A DNA stretch of 61,977 bases, filler included, from Babesia bigemina (lineage: Eukaryota), in NCBI RefSeq assembly GCF_000981445.1. It is 7 parts of 7 records of this genome, joined end to end, with 100 filler letters (N's around TTAATTAATTAA, not from the genome) between each part and the next. Parts side by side here need not be neighbours in the genome. Positions count along the whole stretch, not along the records: positions 38,702 to 53,887 come from NW_012237240.1; positions 53,988 to 61,977 come from NW_012237245.1; 5 more parts are not named here. One strand, 5' to 3'. Numbering within the stretch: position 1 is the first letter of the stretch; every line of letters starts with the position of its first letter. The translations under genes and the position numbers were made by a program. Shown here in pieces: positions 52,059-61,977 of the stretch. The notes under the pieces are model-generated. The model saw only the letters and a list, made by a program, of their open reading frames with translations, was not told where the DNA came from and did no database searches.

Positions 52059-53887
52059 AGCGATGTAGAGTGGGTTAAGGGGCGATGTAGAGTGGATAAA
52101 GGAGCGATGTAGAGTGGATAAAGGGGCGATGTGGAGTGGGTAAAGGAGCGATGTAGAGTGGTTAAAGGGGCGATGTAGTGTGGGTAAGGGAGCGATGTAG
52201 AGTGGGTTAGGGAGCGATGTAGAGTGGGTTAGGGAGCGATGTAGAGTGGGTTAAGGAGCGATGTAGAGTGGATAAAGGAGCGATGTAGAGTGGGTTAAGG
52301 GGCGATGTAGAGTGGGTTAGGGAGCGATGTAGAGTGGATAAAGGAGCGATGTAGAGTGGATAAGGGAGCGATGTAGAGTGGATAAGGGAGCGATGTAGAG
52401 TGGACTAAGGGGCGATGTAGAGTGGGTAAGGGGCGATGTAGAGTGGATTAGGGAGCGATGTGGAGTGGTTAAGGGGCGATGTAGAGTGGATAAAGGGGCG
52501 ATGAAGAGTGGGTAAAGGGGCGATGTGGAGTGGATAAAGGAGCGATGTGGAGTGGGTTAGGGAGCGATGTGGAGTGGGTAAAGGAGCGATGTGGAGTGGG
52601 TAAAGGAGCGATGTGGAGTGGGTAAAGGAGCGATGTAGAGTGGGTTAGGGAGCGATGTAGAGAGGGTTAAGGGGCGATGTAGAGTGGATTAGGGAGCGAT
52701 GTAGAGTGGATAAAGGAGCGATGTAGAGTGGATAAAGGGGCGATGTGGAGTGGGTTAGGGAGCGATGTAGAGTGGGTAAAGGGGCGATGTGGAGTGAATT
52801 AAGGGGCGATGTAGAGTGGGTAAAGGGGCGATGTAGAGTGGGTTAAGGGGCGATGTAGAGTGGGTAAAGGGGCGATGTGGAGTGGGTTAAGGAGCGATGT
52901 AGAGTGGGTAAAGGGGCGATGTAGAGTGGATAAAGGGGCGATGTAGAGTGGGTTAGGGAGCGATGTAGAGTGGGTTAGGGAGCGATGTGGAGTGGGTAAA
53001 GGGGCGATGTAGAGTGGATCAAGGGGCGATTAGACTGGGTTAGGGAGCGATGTAGAGTGGGTTAAGGGGCGATGTAGAGTGGGTTAGGGAGCGATGGAGA
53101 GTGGATTAGGGAGCGATGTAGAGTGGGTTAAGGGGCGATGTAGAGTTGATAAGGGGCGATGTAGAGTTGATAAGGGGCGATGTAAGGTGGGTTAAGGGGC
53201 GATGTAGAGTGGATAAAGGGGCGATGTAGAGTGGGTTAGGAGCGATGTAGAGTGGGTTAAGGGGCGATGTAAGGTGGATGAAGGGGCGATGTAGAGTGGG
53301 TTAGGGAGCGATGTAGAGTGGATGAAGGAGCGATGTAGAGTGGGTTAAGGGGCGATGTGGAGTGGTTAAAGGGGCGATGTGGAGTGGGTTAAGGAGCGAT
53401 GTAGGGTGGGTTAAGGAGCGATGTAGAGTGGGTTAGGGAGCGATGGAGAGTGGATTAGGGAGCGATGTAGAGTGGGTTAAGGGGCGATGTAGAGTTGATA
53501 AGGGGCGATGTAGAGTGGGTAAAGGGGCGATGTGGAGTGGGTTAAGGAGCGATGTAGAGTGGGTAAAGGGGCGATGTAGAGTGGATAAAGGGGCGATGTA
53601 GAGTGGGTTAGGGAGCGATGTAGAGTGGGTTAGGGAGCGATGTGGAGTGGGTAAAGGGGCGATGTAGAGTGGATCAAGGGGCGATTAGACTGGGTTAGGG
53701 AGCGATGTAGAGTGGGTAAGGGAGCGATGTAGAGTGGGTAAAGGGGCGGTGTGGAGTGGGTTAAGGGGCGATGTGGAGTGGGTAAAGGGGCGATGTAGAG
53801 TGGCTAAAGGGGCGATGTGGAGTGGGTTAAGGGGCGATGTAGAGTGGATTAGGGAGCGATGTAGAGTGGTTAAAGGGGCGATGTAGA
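52059..53887. repeat. 22-bp satellite (>1.8 kb)
   Basis: G-rich on +, upstream of G9, truncated by a gap. Confidence 0.97.
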
Positions 53888-53987
53888 NNNNNNNNNNNNN
53901 NNNNNNNNNNNNNNNNNNNNNNNNNNNNNNNTTAATTAATTAANNNNNNNNNNNNNNNNNNNNNNNNNNNNNNNNNNNNNNNNNNNN
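53888..53987. other. Assembly gap with linker
   Basis: N run with TTAATTAATTAA. Confidence 0.98.
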
Positions 53988-54163
53988 TCGCACTCTGGTC
54001 ACTCTCCCTCTTCTACCTCATCTGCGTAATGGTTGGCAGACTGGATGTCCTCCACATCAAATCACATTTACATAGTCCCTCGAGTCATCGCATAGCTGCT
54101 CAATCACTACTCGCCGCCGGACGCGTTAACAAGCTTAACAGGGTGTTTTACCTGCAGCCATAA
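53988..54163 (+). CDS. ves-like gene G10, 3' terminal fragment
   Basis: From 53990 it reads ALWSLSLFYLICVMVGRLDVLHIKSHLHSPSSHRIAAQSLLAAGRVNKLNRVFYLQP*. Confidence 0.88.
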
Positions 54164-54284
54164 TCGTACTCACGTGTCTACTACCTACACTCACCTAGCA
54201 TCACCTACTCACCTAACTTATGAATTGTGCTTTAATCTATTGTATCACTCATTAATCGTTGTATGTGATTGTGTAATAGTTAAC

Positions 54285-54482
54285 TAAAGTGCTGACCAAT
54301 GTGTTGACCAAGGTGCTGACCTAGTGGCTGACCAATGCCATGACCAAAGTGCTGGCCAAGATGCTGACCAAGGTGCTGACCTACCACCTGGCCAAGTTAG
54401 TGGTTACGGCAGCGACGACATGGTTACGGCAGCGATGTCATGGATACGGCAGCGATGACATGGTCACGGCAGCGATGACATG
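54285..54482. repeat. 12-bp repeat followed by 20-bp repeat
   Basis: GTGCTGACCAA units to ~54400, then ACGGCAGCGATGACATGG units. Confidence 0.92.
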
Positions 54483-54500
54483 ACCTAAGTGGTGATTATT

Positions 54501-55392
54501 ATCCACTCTACATCGCTCCCTAACCCACTCTACACCGCCCCTTTACCCACTCTACATCGCCCCTTTATCCACTCCACATCATTCCCTTATCCACTCTACA
54601 TCGCCCCTTTATCCACTCCACATCATTCCCTTATCCACTCTACATCGCCCCTTTATCCACTCTACATCGCCTCTTAACCCACTCCACATCGCTCCCTAAC
54701 CCACTCTACATCGCCCCTTAACCCACTCTACATCGCTCCTTTATCCACTCCACATCGCCCCTTTATCCACCTTACATCGCCCCTTAACCCACCTTACATC
54801 GCCCCTTAACCCACTCTACATCGCCCCTTTATCCACTCTACATCGCCCCTTTATCCACTCTACATCGCTCCTTTATCCACTCTACATCGCCCCTTTATCC
54901 ACTCTACATCGCCCCTTTATCCACTCCACATCGCCCCTTTATCCACTCTACATCGCTCCCTAACCCACTCCACATCGCTCCCTAACCCACTCCACATCGC
55001 TCCCTAACCCACTCTACATCGCTCCTTTATCCACTCTACATCGCCCCTTAACCCACTCTACATCGCCCCTTTATCCACTCCACATCGCTCCCTAACCCAC
55101 TCCACATCGCTCCCTAACCCACTCCACATCGCTCCCTAACCCACTCTACATCGCCCCTTTATCCACTCTACATCGCCCCTTTATCCACTCCACATCGCCC
55201 CTTTATCCACTCTACATCGCTCCCTAACCCACTCCACATCGCTCCCTAACCCACTCCACATCGCTCCCTAACCCACTCTACATCGCTCCTTTATCCACTC
55301 TACATCGCCCCTTTACCCACTCTACATCGCCCCTTTACCCACTCCACATCGCCCCTTTATCCACTCTACATCGCCCCTAATCCACTCTACAT
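54501..55392. repeat. 22-bp satellite (C-rich on +)
   Basis: Upstream of G11. Confidence 0.97.
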
Positions 55393-55421
55393 CCCTCGAA
55401 TTACCTCGCCATAATACCGCT

Positions 55422-58400
55422 ATGACCTTCTTAAACCACAATAATAACTTGTGCCTTGACACCCTTCCCTTCCCTTCTTCCACCTCTTGCCACTGCCCTG
55501 ACCGTGTGCCGTCTAGTGAGCTTGACAAGAAATTTGGTAAAATTTTGAACCTCAAAATTACCTCAAATAACAACCCTAATAACATTCTTACTAACCTCTG
55601 CTCTGGCCTCGAAAAATTCCTCGGCTTCAACTCTGCTTCCAAAGGCTACGATGGCAGTGGCATTGTGTACTCTGACCTTGACAGGCTCTGTGACGGGGTG
55701 ATGGGATTTTTGAGTGGTGTTCTCAGTAACATCAAAGATCATTTAGGGCAGCATAATAATGAAATTAGCAATGCAATTAAGTCACTTGAGACCTGTAAAC
55801 ATGGTGGTAAATTAGGTTTTAATGATGCGATTGGAAGGGTGGTCGAAGGGGTGCGGGGGTATAATGAGAAGGTGAGGGAGAGTAATGAATGTGCTAAAAC
55901 GCCCATAAGGACACTGATGAAATACGTCAAACCTGGAAAAGGTGAGTTAAATAAAGGCATTGATACTTTGCAGGTGACAGAAGATCCCCGGCAAGCAGAG
56001 GAGCAAGTGTCCACGGCCAAGGCGCTGGTGGCGACATCTCTTCAGAAATATAAGGAATACGAAACACAGTATAGAGACGTAACTCAACATATTAATGATT
56101 TATATTTACAGTGCAAAACTAGTATACATAACGCACATAGAGTTGTCTCGCACGAGACTACGCGGCTAGGCCAGTTGGCAGGCAGGGAAGCAACTGAGTT
56201 GGAGGCAACCGAAAAAGTGATAAGGGAGACACTAACGGCGCTTGAAGCCCAAGTGATGGGACATATTAAGAGGGAGGTGAACGCTCTTGTAGAAAGTTTA
56301 AAAGGGCTAATAAAGAACGTCATTTTGAAAGACCTGACGCAGATCAGCGTCAATTTGAAAAGCCATGTGAAGGATTTGAAGAAATGGATTGAAGAGGCTG
56401 ATGAAATGCTCAAGAAGCCGATAAAAGATGCCGAATTGGTTGAAAAGAATGGTCTTGGTTTCTTATACAAGGATGAAATTAAGAGGGTTGAGAGGGAATT
56501 GTCAGCGTGGACTGGTTGGATAGGGACCTACAGAGATGATCTGCATCGGATGGCGGCGGATGTCAGCGCTAAAATTACGGAGCTTGGGAAGCAGTTTAGT
56601 GAGATCAGCGGGGGAACAGCGCCGACGAGTATAGATGGGATTTTGGGTAAGATCAGGGATAAGGTCAGAGATATTCGAGCAGACGTTGGTGATAATGGCA
56701 ACGTTGCGGATAGTATATTTCAGCAGTGGGATTTGCTGAAAGGGAAGGTAAGTGGGTTTCTTAAAGGGGTTTATGATGACCACGGAGTTCTTGGAAGAAA
56801 AGGTGAGCTAGGTGAAGTTGTTGGTGGCATAAAGAACTACGCCGAAAGATTCAAAACAAAGGATATTTTTGGGCATATTGTTAATAAATGGATTAAAGAC
56901 AATCTGGATTACAATGAGGTAGCAAAGGACTTTCTTAAGAAGTACATAGAAACCAACGGGAACGAAGCGAAAGTGACTGGAAAATGGGATAACGCGAAGA
57001 AAGCATTTAATTCAACAGGTGCCAAACAAATTGTTGATAAGATTAGCGAAGAAGTCAAAGCAAAGCTGAACGCCGAGGCCTTTAGAGCTTTCGTCAATTT
57101 GGACACAGAAAACATCGTCAACAACGTGGAAAAGGTCAAGGAGGGTATTTTCACATTTTCCAGTCAACTCAAACAAAAGTTAACCGAAGGCCAACCTGGC
57201 ACTGGTGAAGAATTTGTTAAAGGCATAGCAATGGCGATTGAAAAGGATTTGGGAACATACGTAACTAGTTCACATCTGTCGCCTAACAGTGATTTAGAAT
57301 CCGCTGTAAAAATACTCCTCTATGGCACATTCACCACAGCGAGGCAGGTGTATGAGGAACTTCACGAATTGGTCGAAAAATCGGAGCTTGGCAAAAGGTT
57401 GAAAAAAGCTATAGCCACGATCGGAGATATTAATAAGCAATTTGACAACACACCCAACGGCTCTGATGATTACGGCAATTTAATCGATAACACATTGACA
57501 AGAGTTAATCAGAAGATTATGACGCTCCACTCCAGCCTCAACAAGGCGACTGGGCAATCTGGAAGCAGAGACAATCACGCCGAGAAGCTGGACCAAGCGA
57601 TTGCGCAAGTCAAAACTCAGGCAGAGCTACTAAGCGCAGCAGAAACAACTGTAAAGCTCCAAGGTTGGTCCACAAAAATCACTTCTAATCTAAAAAAACT
57701 CATCGATACTTTTGCAAAGTCTGGTAAAGAGGTCAAAGAAGCGTTACAAAAGCTGAAGGACAGTCACATCGCGAATGGCAAAACAGGTGTGGCAGACAGC
57801 CTCCAAGCTATTCACGACAATCTTAACAAGCTACTAACCGGTCCGGTGACGATGGCCATTAATGACGCCGAGGAAATAATCGGGAAGGACGCCCCAACGT
57901 TGCAAGCAAAATACGTAGAGTACCTGGAAGAGAGCGTCGGCGACGAGGTGAAACAAGCCACCGATAAATTCACCACTCATGCCCGAAATCAATACGTCTC
58001 TTCCGTCAAGTCCCTGCTAAGCGACTTCTCAAGCAAGGTCTACGGCGACATTAAAAATTTGACGGTATCCATAAATCAGGATTTAAGCCTCGGCTACAAG
58101 GAGTTCATGGACAAGTTTGAGAAACACTTCCTCAAAGGTGACACATCACTCGAAGCTATAACTAGCCTTAAGGCCACATCCACCGTAGGACAAAAATCTG
58201 CGATGAGCCAAGCGACCAGTAAATTTAACACTGCCATGAAAGCTTTCTTTGATAGATGGGAAAAGCAGACGGAGTTTGCATCCGATTACAAAGCCATCAC
58301 TCCCGCAAAGGAAGCCCTCCGCAAATTGCTCGCCAAACTCGTGCAATCTCAACACTTCGACCACGAGTTTTGTAACAATTTAGATGCTCTTACTGACGAA

Positions 58401-60752
58401 TTAGATAAGTTCACGCCTGGTAAATTCGGCCAACCCAACACGGTGCTCTCGCAGGCGTTCAAGGAGGGGTTCGCTGACCTGGCGTCGGTGCTGGGAAGGG
58501 CGTACGTGAGCGTGTATGACGGAGGCCAGGGAATCAGTAAGTGGCTTACGAAAAGTGATACGCAGTTGACTGATGAGGGTCGTAAAGGCGCTAAGGTTTG
58601 TCTCACGATCATTCATCTGCTTGGCATCTCGTTACCTATGTTGAGAGTAAATTGCAAGAGTCTGAGTGGACAGCAGATTAACAGAAACGGTGACCTTGGA
58701 AAACTGTTTGCAGATGAAGGCTATCGTGTATCCGACCGGGGCGAGCAGAACGGCGAGCTACAAGACCAGGACTGGATGAAAGGCGATCAAGTTCAGAAGA
58801 GACTAACCTGGCCAATAAGCGGAGTCGACAACGAGCATTTAAAATTGTGTAAGCCAAATGACAAACATGATAAATTTAGTCTCATTGATATTATGGCGTG
58901 TCTTGTCGGTCACCTTGTACAATACAATGACGTTTGCCACATCGTCCCTCCATCGAAGGGCAACGCACCTTGCAATGTATACCAAATGTTGTGTTGGCTT
59001 GACGGGCTTCCTCATAGTCCTGTATACCAAGACTTGATAATTGACGGATTTAGCGGTCTCTTTGAGAAACCGGGCGAGCAGCACAAAGGTGCTCAGTCAG
59101 ACGATCTACCTGTTATAGACGAGAATGCCGACACGTTGGACGCCTATCCAAAGCCCATCACCGCAGAAACCTTAAGGTCGAACCTCCAACAAGTATGCGC
59201 ACAATCTCACAACGTCCTCACTTCCATCCTCGGATATGGCCACGCGGGTGGCGTGTATGCTTGTGAATTCACTAACAATTCGCAGGGTTTAGTATACCCG
59301 AATGACAAGAACGCATTGCTTTGCTTGTTGTTTGATATATTGAAGCGGGTTCACCAGCAGTGCTACTTCATTTGCCAGCAGTTACTGCACGACAAAAAAC
59401 TAAATGGTTGGCGTGATTGCTGGTATGGCTACCAAGTGGCCGGGTCAACGTGGCAGTGCAATACACTTCAATGTCCCGAGCAAAGGGCCGACCAAGACCA
59501 CAAGCAAACGTGTGACCAAAAGTGTAACCAAAGTGCTGGGTGCGGTTTGAAATCGCCGTTACAATCATTCTTGGAGGACGGGTTACATGGTTTTTTGCCG
59601 CATCGTGTCTCAAGCAAGGGACCAAAAATGTCATGCTCCAGTTGCAGTAAGACCCCTGGTATGCCGTGCATCACGCCCATGGGCTTCGCAGATATCGGTA
59701 ACATGGCATCCCACAGGCGAATAGGTAGACACATTTACATGGTACTTACCGATTTTTGTAGCGCCGAATACTCCCCCCTCACTAAACTCTGCAGTCAACT
59801 CACCTGTCTCCTTTCCAGCGCGCCGACAACACTGGGCGATATGTTCGCTTTTTACTATCATTTCCTAAATCAGTGGAACCGTGGTAGCAAGGGAATACGC
59901 GACAAACACAGGGAAATAGCTTTCGGTGTTGCCGTAAGCAAAGCCAATTTCAAGAATCCAAGTACAAAGCTGGACATTACCTCAATGTTCAAGACCAACG
60001 TACACGGTTTCGGACACAGTGCGTCACACTTCAATGGAGACCTCAACACCCTTGTCAGTTGCAATCCAACGGCCACTGCAACTAGCCCCTGTGGTTCATA
60101 TCTGAAGCCGCTTAATCGTGATATCCGTCACATGTTTGCGGAGGATAACGCCGACAAATATCTCTCGTGGATCGTTTATCTGACTGAATCGTTCTACAAA
60201 TTGTTAGAACAGTTGTATGCCGATTGTTGTAATAATTGCAATAAGCCCGGCGCAAGATGTCATGGTCGCAGTTGTGACAAAGAATGTATGATGAAAGCAA
60301 GGTTTGTAATGAATGATACTATGCCTACCCACTCGCAAGGGTGCAGGTCTATTGTCAACTGTACCATGACTCTTCCCACATTACGTAAATATGGCATGTA
60401 TTTTGAAAGCAAGAGTGATCTTAACGGTAAGAATATCGCAACGAAACGAACGTGCGAAGACTTTTGCAAAGCATTAGCACAAGTCGTAAAACAGGGTAAC
60501 GCTTTGTATGTGCTGGTTCATAAGACCATTCCGGAATTCCTATTCACCATCAGAGAGCCGTTTATATGGCTCAACGTCGCGCTCTGGTCGCTGTCCCTCT
60601 TCTACCTCATTTGCGTAATGGTTGGCAGACTGGATGTGCTCCACATACGCTCACACCTGCGAATACCGTCGTCGCACAAGATAACGGCGCAATCATTGTT
60701 GGCTGCAGCGCAAGTCGGAAGGCTTGCCAAGATATCGTATCTACAACCGTAA
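55422..60752 (+). CDS. ves1: VESA/ves-like variant surface antigen G11, 1776 aa, leader ATG in frame
   Basis: MTFLNHNNNLCL...CHCPDRVP...GIVYSDLDRLCDGVMGFLSGVLSNIKDHLGQH; HFDH; SPLQSFLEDGL domain; TM plus HIRSHLRIPSS...AKISYLQP. Confidence 0.92.
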   Translation: MTFLNHNNNLCLDTLPFPSSTSCHCPDRVPSSELDKKFGKILNLKITSNNNPNNILTNLCSGLEKFLGFNSASKGYDGSGIVYSDLDRLCDGVMGFLSGVLSNIKDHLGQHNNEISNAIKSLETCKHGGKLGFNDAIGRVVEGVRGYNEKVRESNECAKTPIRTLMKYVKPGKGELNKGIDTLQVTEDPRQAEEQVSTAKALVATSLQKYKEYETQYRDVTQHINDLYLQCKTSIHNAHRVVSHETTRLGQLAGREATELEATEKVIRETLTALEAQVMGHIKREVNALVESLKGLIKNVILKDLTQISVNLKSHVKDLKKWIEEADEMLKKPIKDAELVEKNGLGFLYKDEIKRVERELSAWTGWIGTYRDDLHRMAADVSAKITELGKQFSEISGGTAPTSIDGILGKIRDKVRDIRADVGDNGNVADSIFQQWDLLKGKVSGFLKGVYDDHGVLGRKGELGEVVGGIKNYAERFKTKDIFGHIVNKWIKDNLDYNEVAKDFLKKYIETNGNEAKVTGKWDNAKKAFNSTGAKQIVDKISEEVKAKLNAEAFRAFVNLDTENIVNNVEKVKEGIFTFSSQLKQKLTEGQPGTGEEFVKGIAMAIEKDLGTYVTSSHLSPNSDLESAVKILLYGTFTTARQVYEELHELVEKSELGKRLKKAIATIGDINKQFDNTPNGSDDYGNLIDNTLTRVNQKIMTLHSSLNKATGQSGSRDNHAEKLDQAIAQVKTQAELLSAAETTVKLQGWSTKITSNLKKLIDTFAKSGKEVKEALQKLKDSHIANGKTGVADSLQAIHDNLNKLLTGPVTMAINDAEEIIGKDAPTLQAKYVEYLEESVGDEVKQATDKFTTHARNQYVSSVKSLLSDFSSKVYGDIKNLTVSINQDLSLGYKEFMDKFEKHFLKGDTSLEAITSLKATSTVGQKSAMSQATSKFNTAMKAFFDRWEKQTEFASDYKAITPAKEALRKLLAKLVQSQHFDHEFCNNLDALTDELDKFTPGKFGQPNTVLSQAFKEGFADLASVLGRAYVSVYDGGQGISKWLTKSDTQLTDEGRKGAKVCLTIIHLLGISLPMLRVNCKSLSGQQINRNGDLGKLFADEGYRVSDRGEQNGELQDQDWMKGDQVQKRLTWPISGVDNEHLKLCKPNDKHDKFSLIDIMACLVGHLVQYNDVCHIVPPSKGNAPCNVYQMLCWLDGLPHSPVYQDLIIDGFSGLFEKPGEQHKGAQSDDLPVIDENADTLDAYPKPITAETLRSNLQQVCAQSHNVLTSILGYGHAGGVYACEFTNNSQGLVYPNDKNALLCLLFDILKRVHQQCYFICQQLLHDKKLNGWRDCWYGYQVAGSTWQCNTLQCPEQRADQDHKQTCDQKCNQSAGCGLKSPLQSFLEDGLHGFLPHRVSSKGPKMSCSSCSKTPGMPCITPMGFADIGNMASHRRIGRHIYMVLTDFCSAEYSPLTKLCSQLTCLLSSAPTTLGDMFAFYYHFLNQWNRGSKGIRDKHREIAFGVAVSKANFKNPSTKLDITSMFKTNVHGFGHSASHFNGDLNTLVSCNPTATATSPCGSYLKPLNRDIRHMFAEDNADKYLSWIVYLTESFYKLLEQLYADCCNNCNKPGARCHGRSCDKECMMKARFVMNDTMPTHSQGCRSIVNCTMTLPTLRKYGMYFESKSDLNGKNIATKRTCEDFCKALAQVVKQGNALYVLVHKTIPEFLFTIREPFIWLNVALWSLSLFYLICVMVGRLDVLHIRSHLRIPSSHKITAQSLLAAAQVGRLAKISYLQP

Positions 60753-60885
60753 TTGTATTCACACTTGTAATTCACACAACTCACCTACTCACCTAACCGA
60801 CAAACGTAGTCTAATGTCTCGAATTACTCTAGCGGCAACCTGTAAACTAAATAGCGTTGAAATTAAGTGATGACTGACAGACAAT

Positions 60886-61022
60886 GCAAAGTGTTGACCT
60901 AGCACCCAGGCAACGTGTTAACCTAGCACCCAGGCAAAGTGGTAAGCAAGCACCCACGCAAAGTGCTAAGCTGGCACCCAGGCTAAGTGCTAAGCTGGCA
61001 ACCAGGCAAAGTGCTAAGCTGG
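60886..61022. repeat. 24-bp repeat (CAGGCAAAGTGCTAAGCTGGCAAC-like)
   Basis: Reverse complement of the 7156-7590 unit; follows G11. Confidence 0.88.
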
Positions 61023-61534
61023 CGGATGAACCGTAATTTGGTGGGTGTTATAGCACGTTGATTGCCTGGTGCGTTGAGTTACGCGTTGACTGTGAGAGGC
61101 GTCCGCGTTGCCCATTGAGTGAGTGTTACGCGAGGCTGGGTGATTGGTCACTAACGTAGGCGGTCGTGAAGGCCGCGGCGGGTGACCCAAGTCGTGTGTT
61201 GCGAGTCACTGGCAGGGTGGTGTAATCGGCGTTGGCCCGGTTAAGTAGCATTTATAGGCGGCAATGTAGCGATTGTTAATGTCACATTTAGGCACGTAGC
61301 CGACACGCTCCGCCAGCATGGCGCCGATACCGCGGCTCGTAGCACGGTGCTGCCGCACTGTGGGAGTTGAGCGCACGGAGTCGCTGCAATTTTAATGGCG
61401 TTGCGAATAGTACATAATTTAGAGTGACGGTTGCTGCTGATCACATGCGTCGCGTCAGGCGCAGCTGTGGTATCCCGGGCAGCGTGGGTGTCGGTGGCCT
61501 GGGCTGGGGGGATACAGGGGTGAGGGTGAGGGTT

Positions 61535-61977
61535 GATGAGGGGACTGGAAGCGGCAGTGGTAGTGTTGCAGTTGGTGAGTGCTGCTCGAGTGATTGATAA
61601 GTTTGCAGGCTGAGGGGAGTGGGCGCGGCAGTGGTACGTGTTGCAGTAGGTGAGTGCGTTGCTAGGTGATTGATATGTTTGCAGGTTGAGGGGACTGGTA
61701 GCGGCAGTGGTAGTGTTGCAGTTGGTGCGTGCGTTGCTAGGTGATTGATATGCTTGCAGGTTGAGGGGACTGGTAGCGGCAGTGGTAGTGTTGCAGTTGG
61801 TGAGTGCGTTGTTTGAGTGATTGACATGTTTCCAGGTTGAGTGGACTGGGCGCGGCAGTGGTAGTGTTGCAGTTGGTGAGTGCGTTGCCTAGGTGATTGA
61901 TATGTTTGCAGGTTGAGGGGACTGGGAGCGGCAGTGGTAGTGTTGCAGTTGGTGAGTGCTTGCTTAGTGAGTGATGT
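61535..61977. repeat. 74-75-bp tandem repeat (~6 copies)
   Basis: GAGGGGACTGG..GCGGCAGTGGTAGTGTTGCAGTTGGTGAGTGC..GTGATTGATATGTTTGCAG repeated; reverse complement of the 21081-21280 unit. Confidence 0.93.

Noticed and set aside
61023..61534. Possible small gene or first exon in the unique stretch after G11 (ORF 61241-61444; ATG at 61446)
   Set aside because: Short, with no recognisable homology or supporting signal beyond the adjacent repeat.

Overview
Eukaryotic parasite DNA, most consistent with a Babesia (bigemina/ovata-like) piroplasm scaffold. It is made of seven contigs joined by 100-nt N-linkers containing TTAATTAATTAA. Almost the whole window is a tandem array of variant erythrocyte surface antigen (VESA/ves)-like genes: six complete ~5.2-5.7 kb ORFs, three 5' partial genes and two 3' tail fragments. 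It also holds one small Cys-rich transmembrane gene. Within contigs the genes are head-to-tail in a stereotyped cassette: 22-bp G/C-skewed telomere-like satellite > conserved ~70-nt leader > variably 5'-truncated ves-like ORF > conserved 3' trailer > 12-bp or 24-bp repeat > 20-bp repeat > next satellite. The leader ATG is frameshifted or interrupted by TAA in 7 of 9 visible gene starts. In contrast the gene bodies stay open, and the GIVYSDLDRLCD motif upstream of the first usable ATG varies almost only at third codon positions. This pattern suggests a repeat-flanked archive of silent donor cassettes recombining at a conserved junction; that is inference and untested. Other repeats are a 74-75-bp unit that looks like a mini-exon plus mini-intron, and a GC-rich 826-bp tandem repeat. 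Family assignments come from recalled motifs, not database searches.
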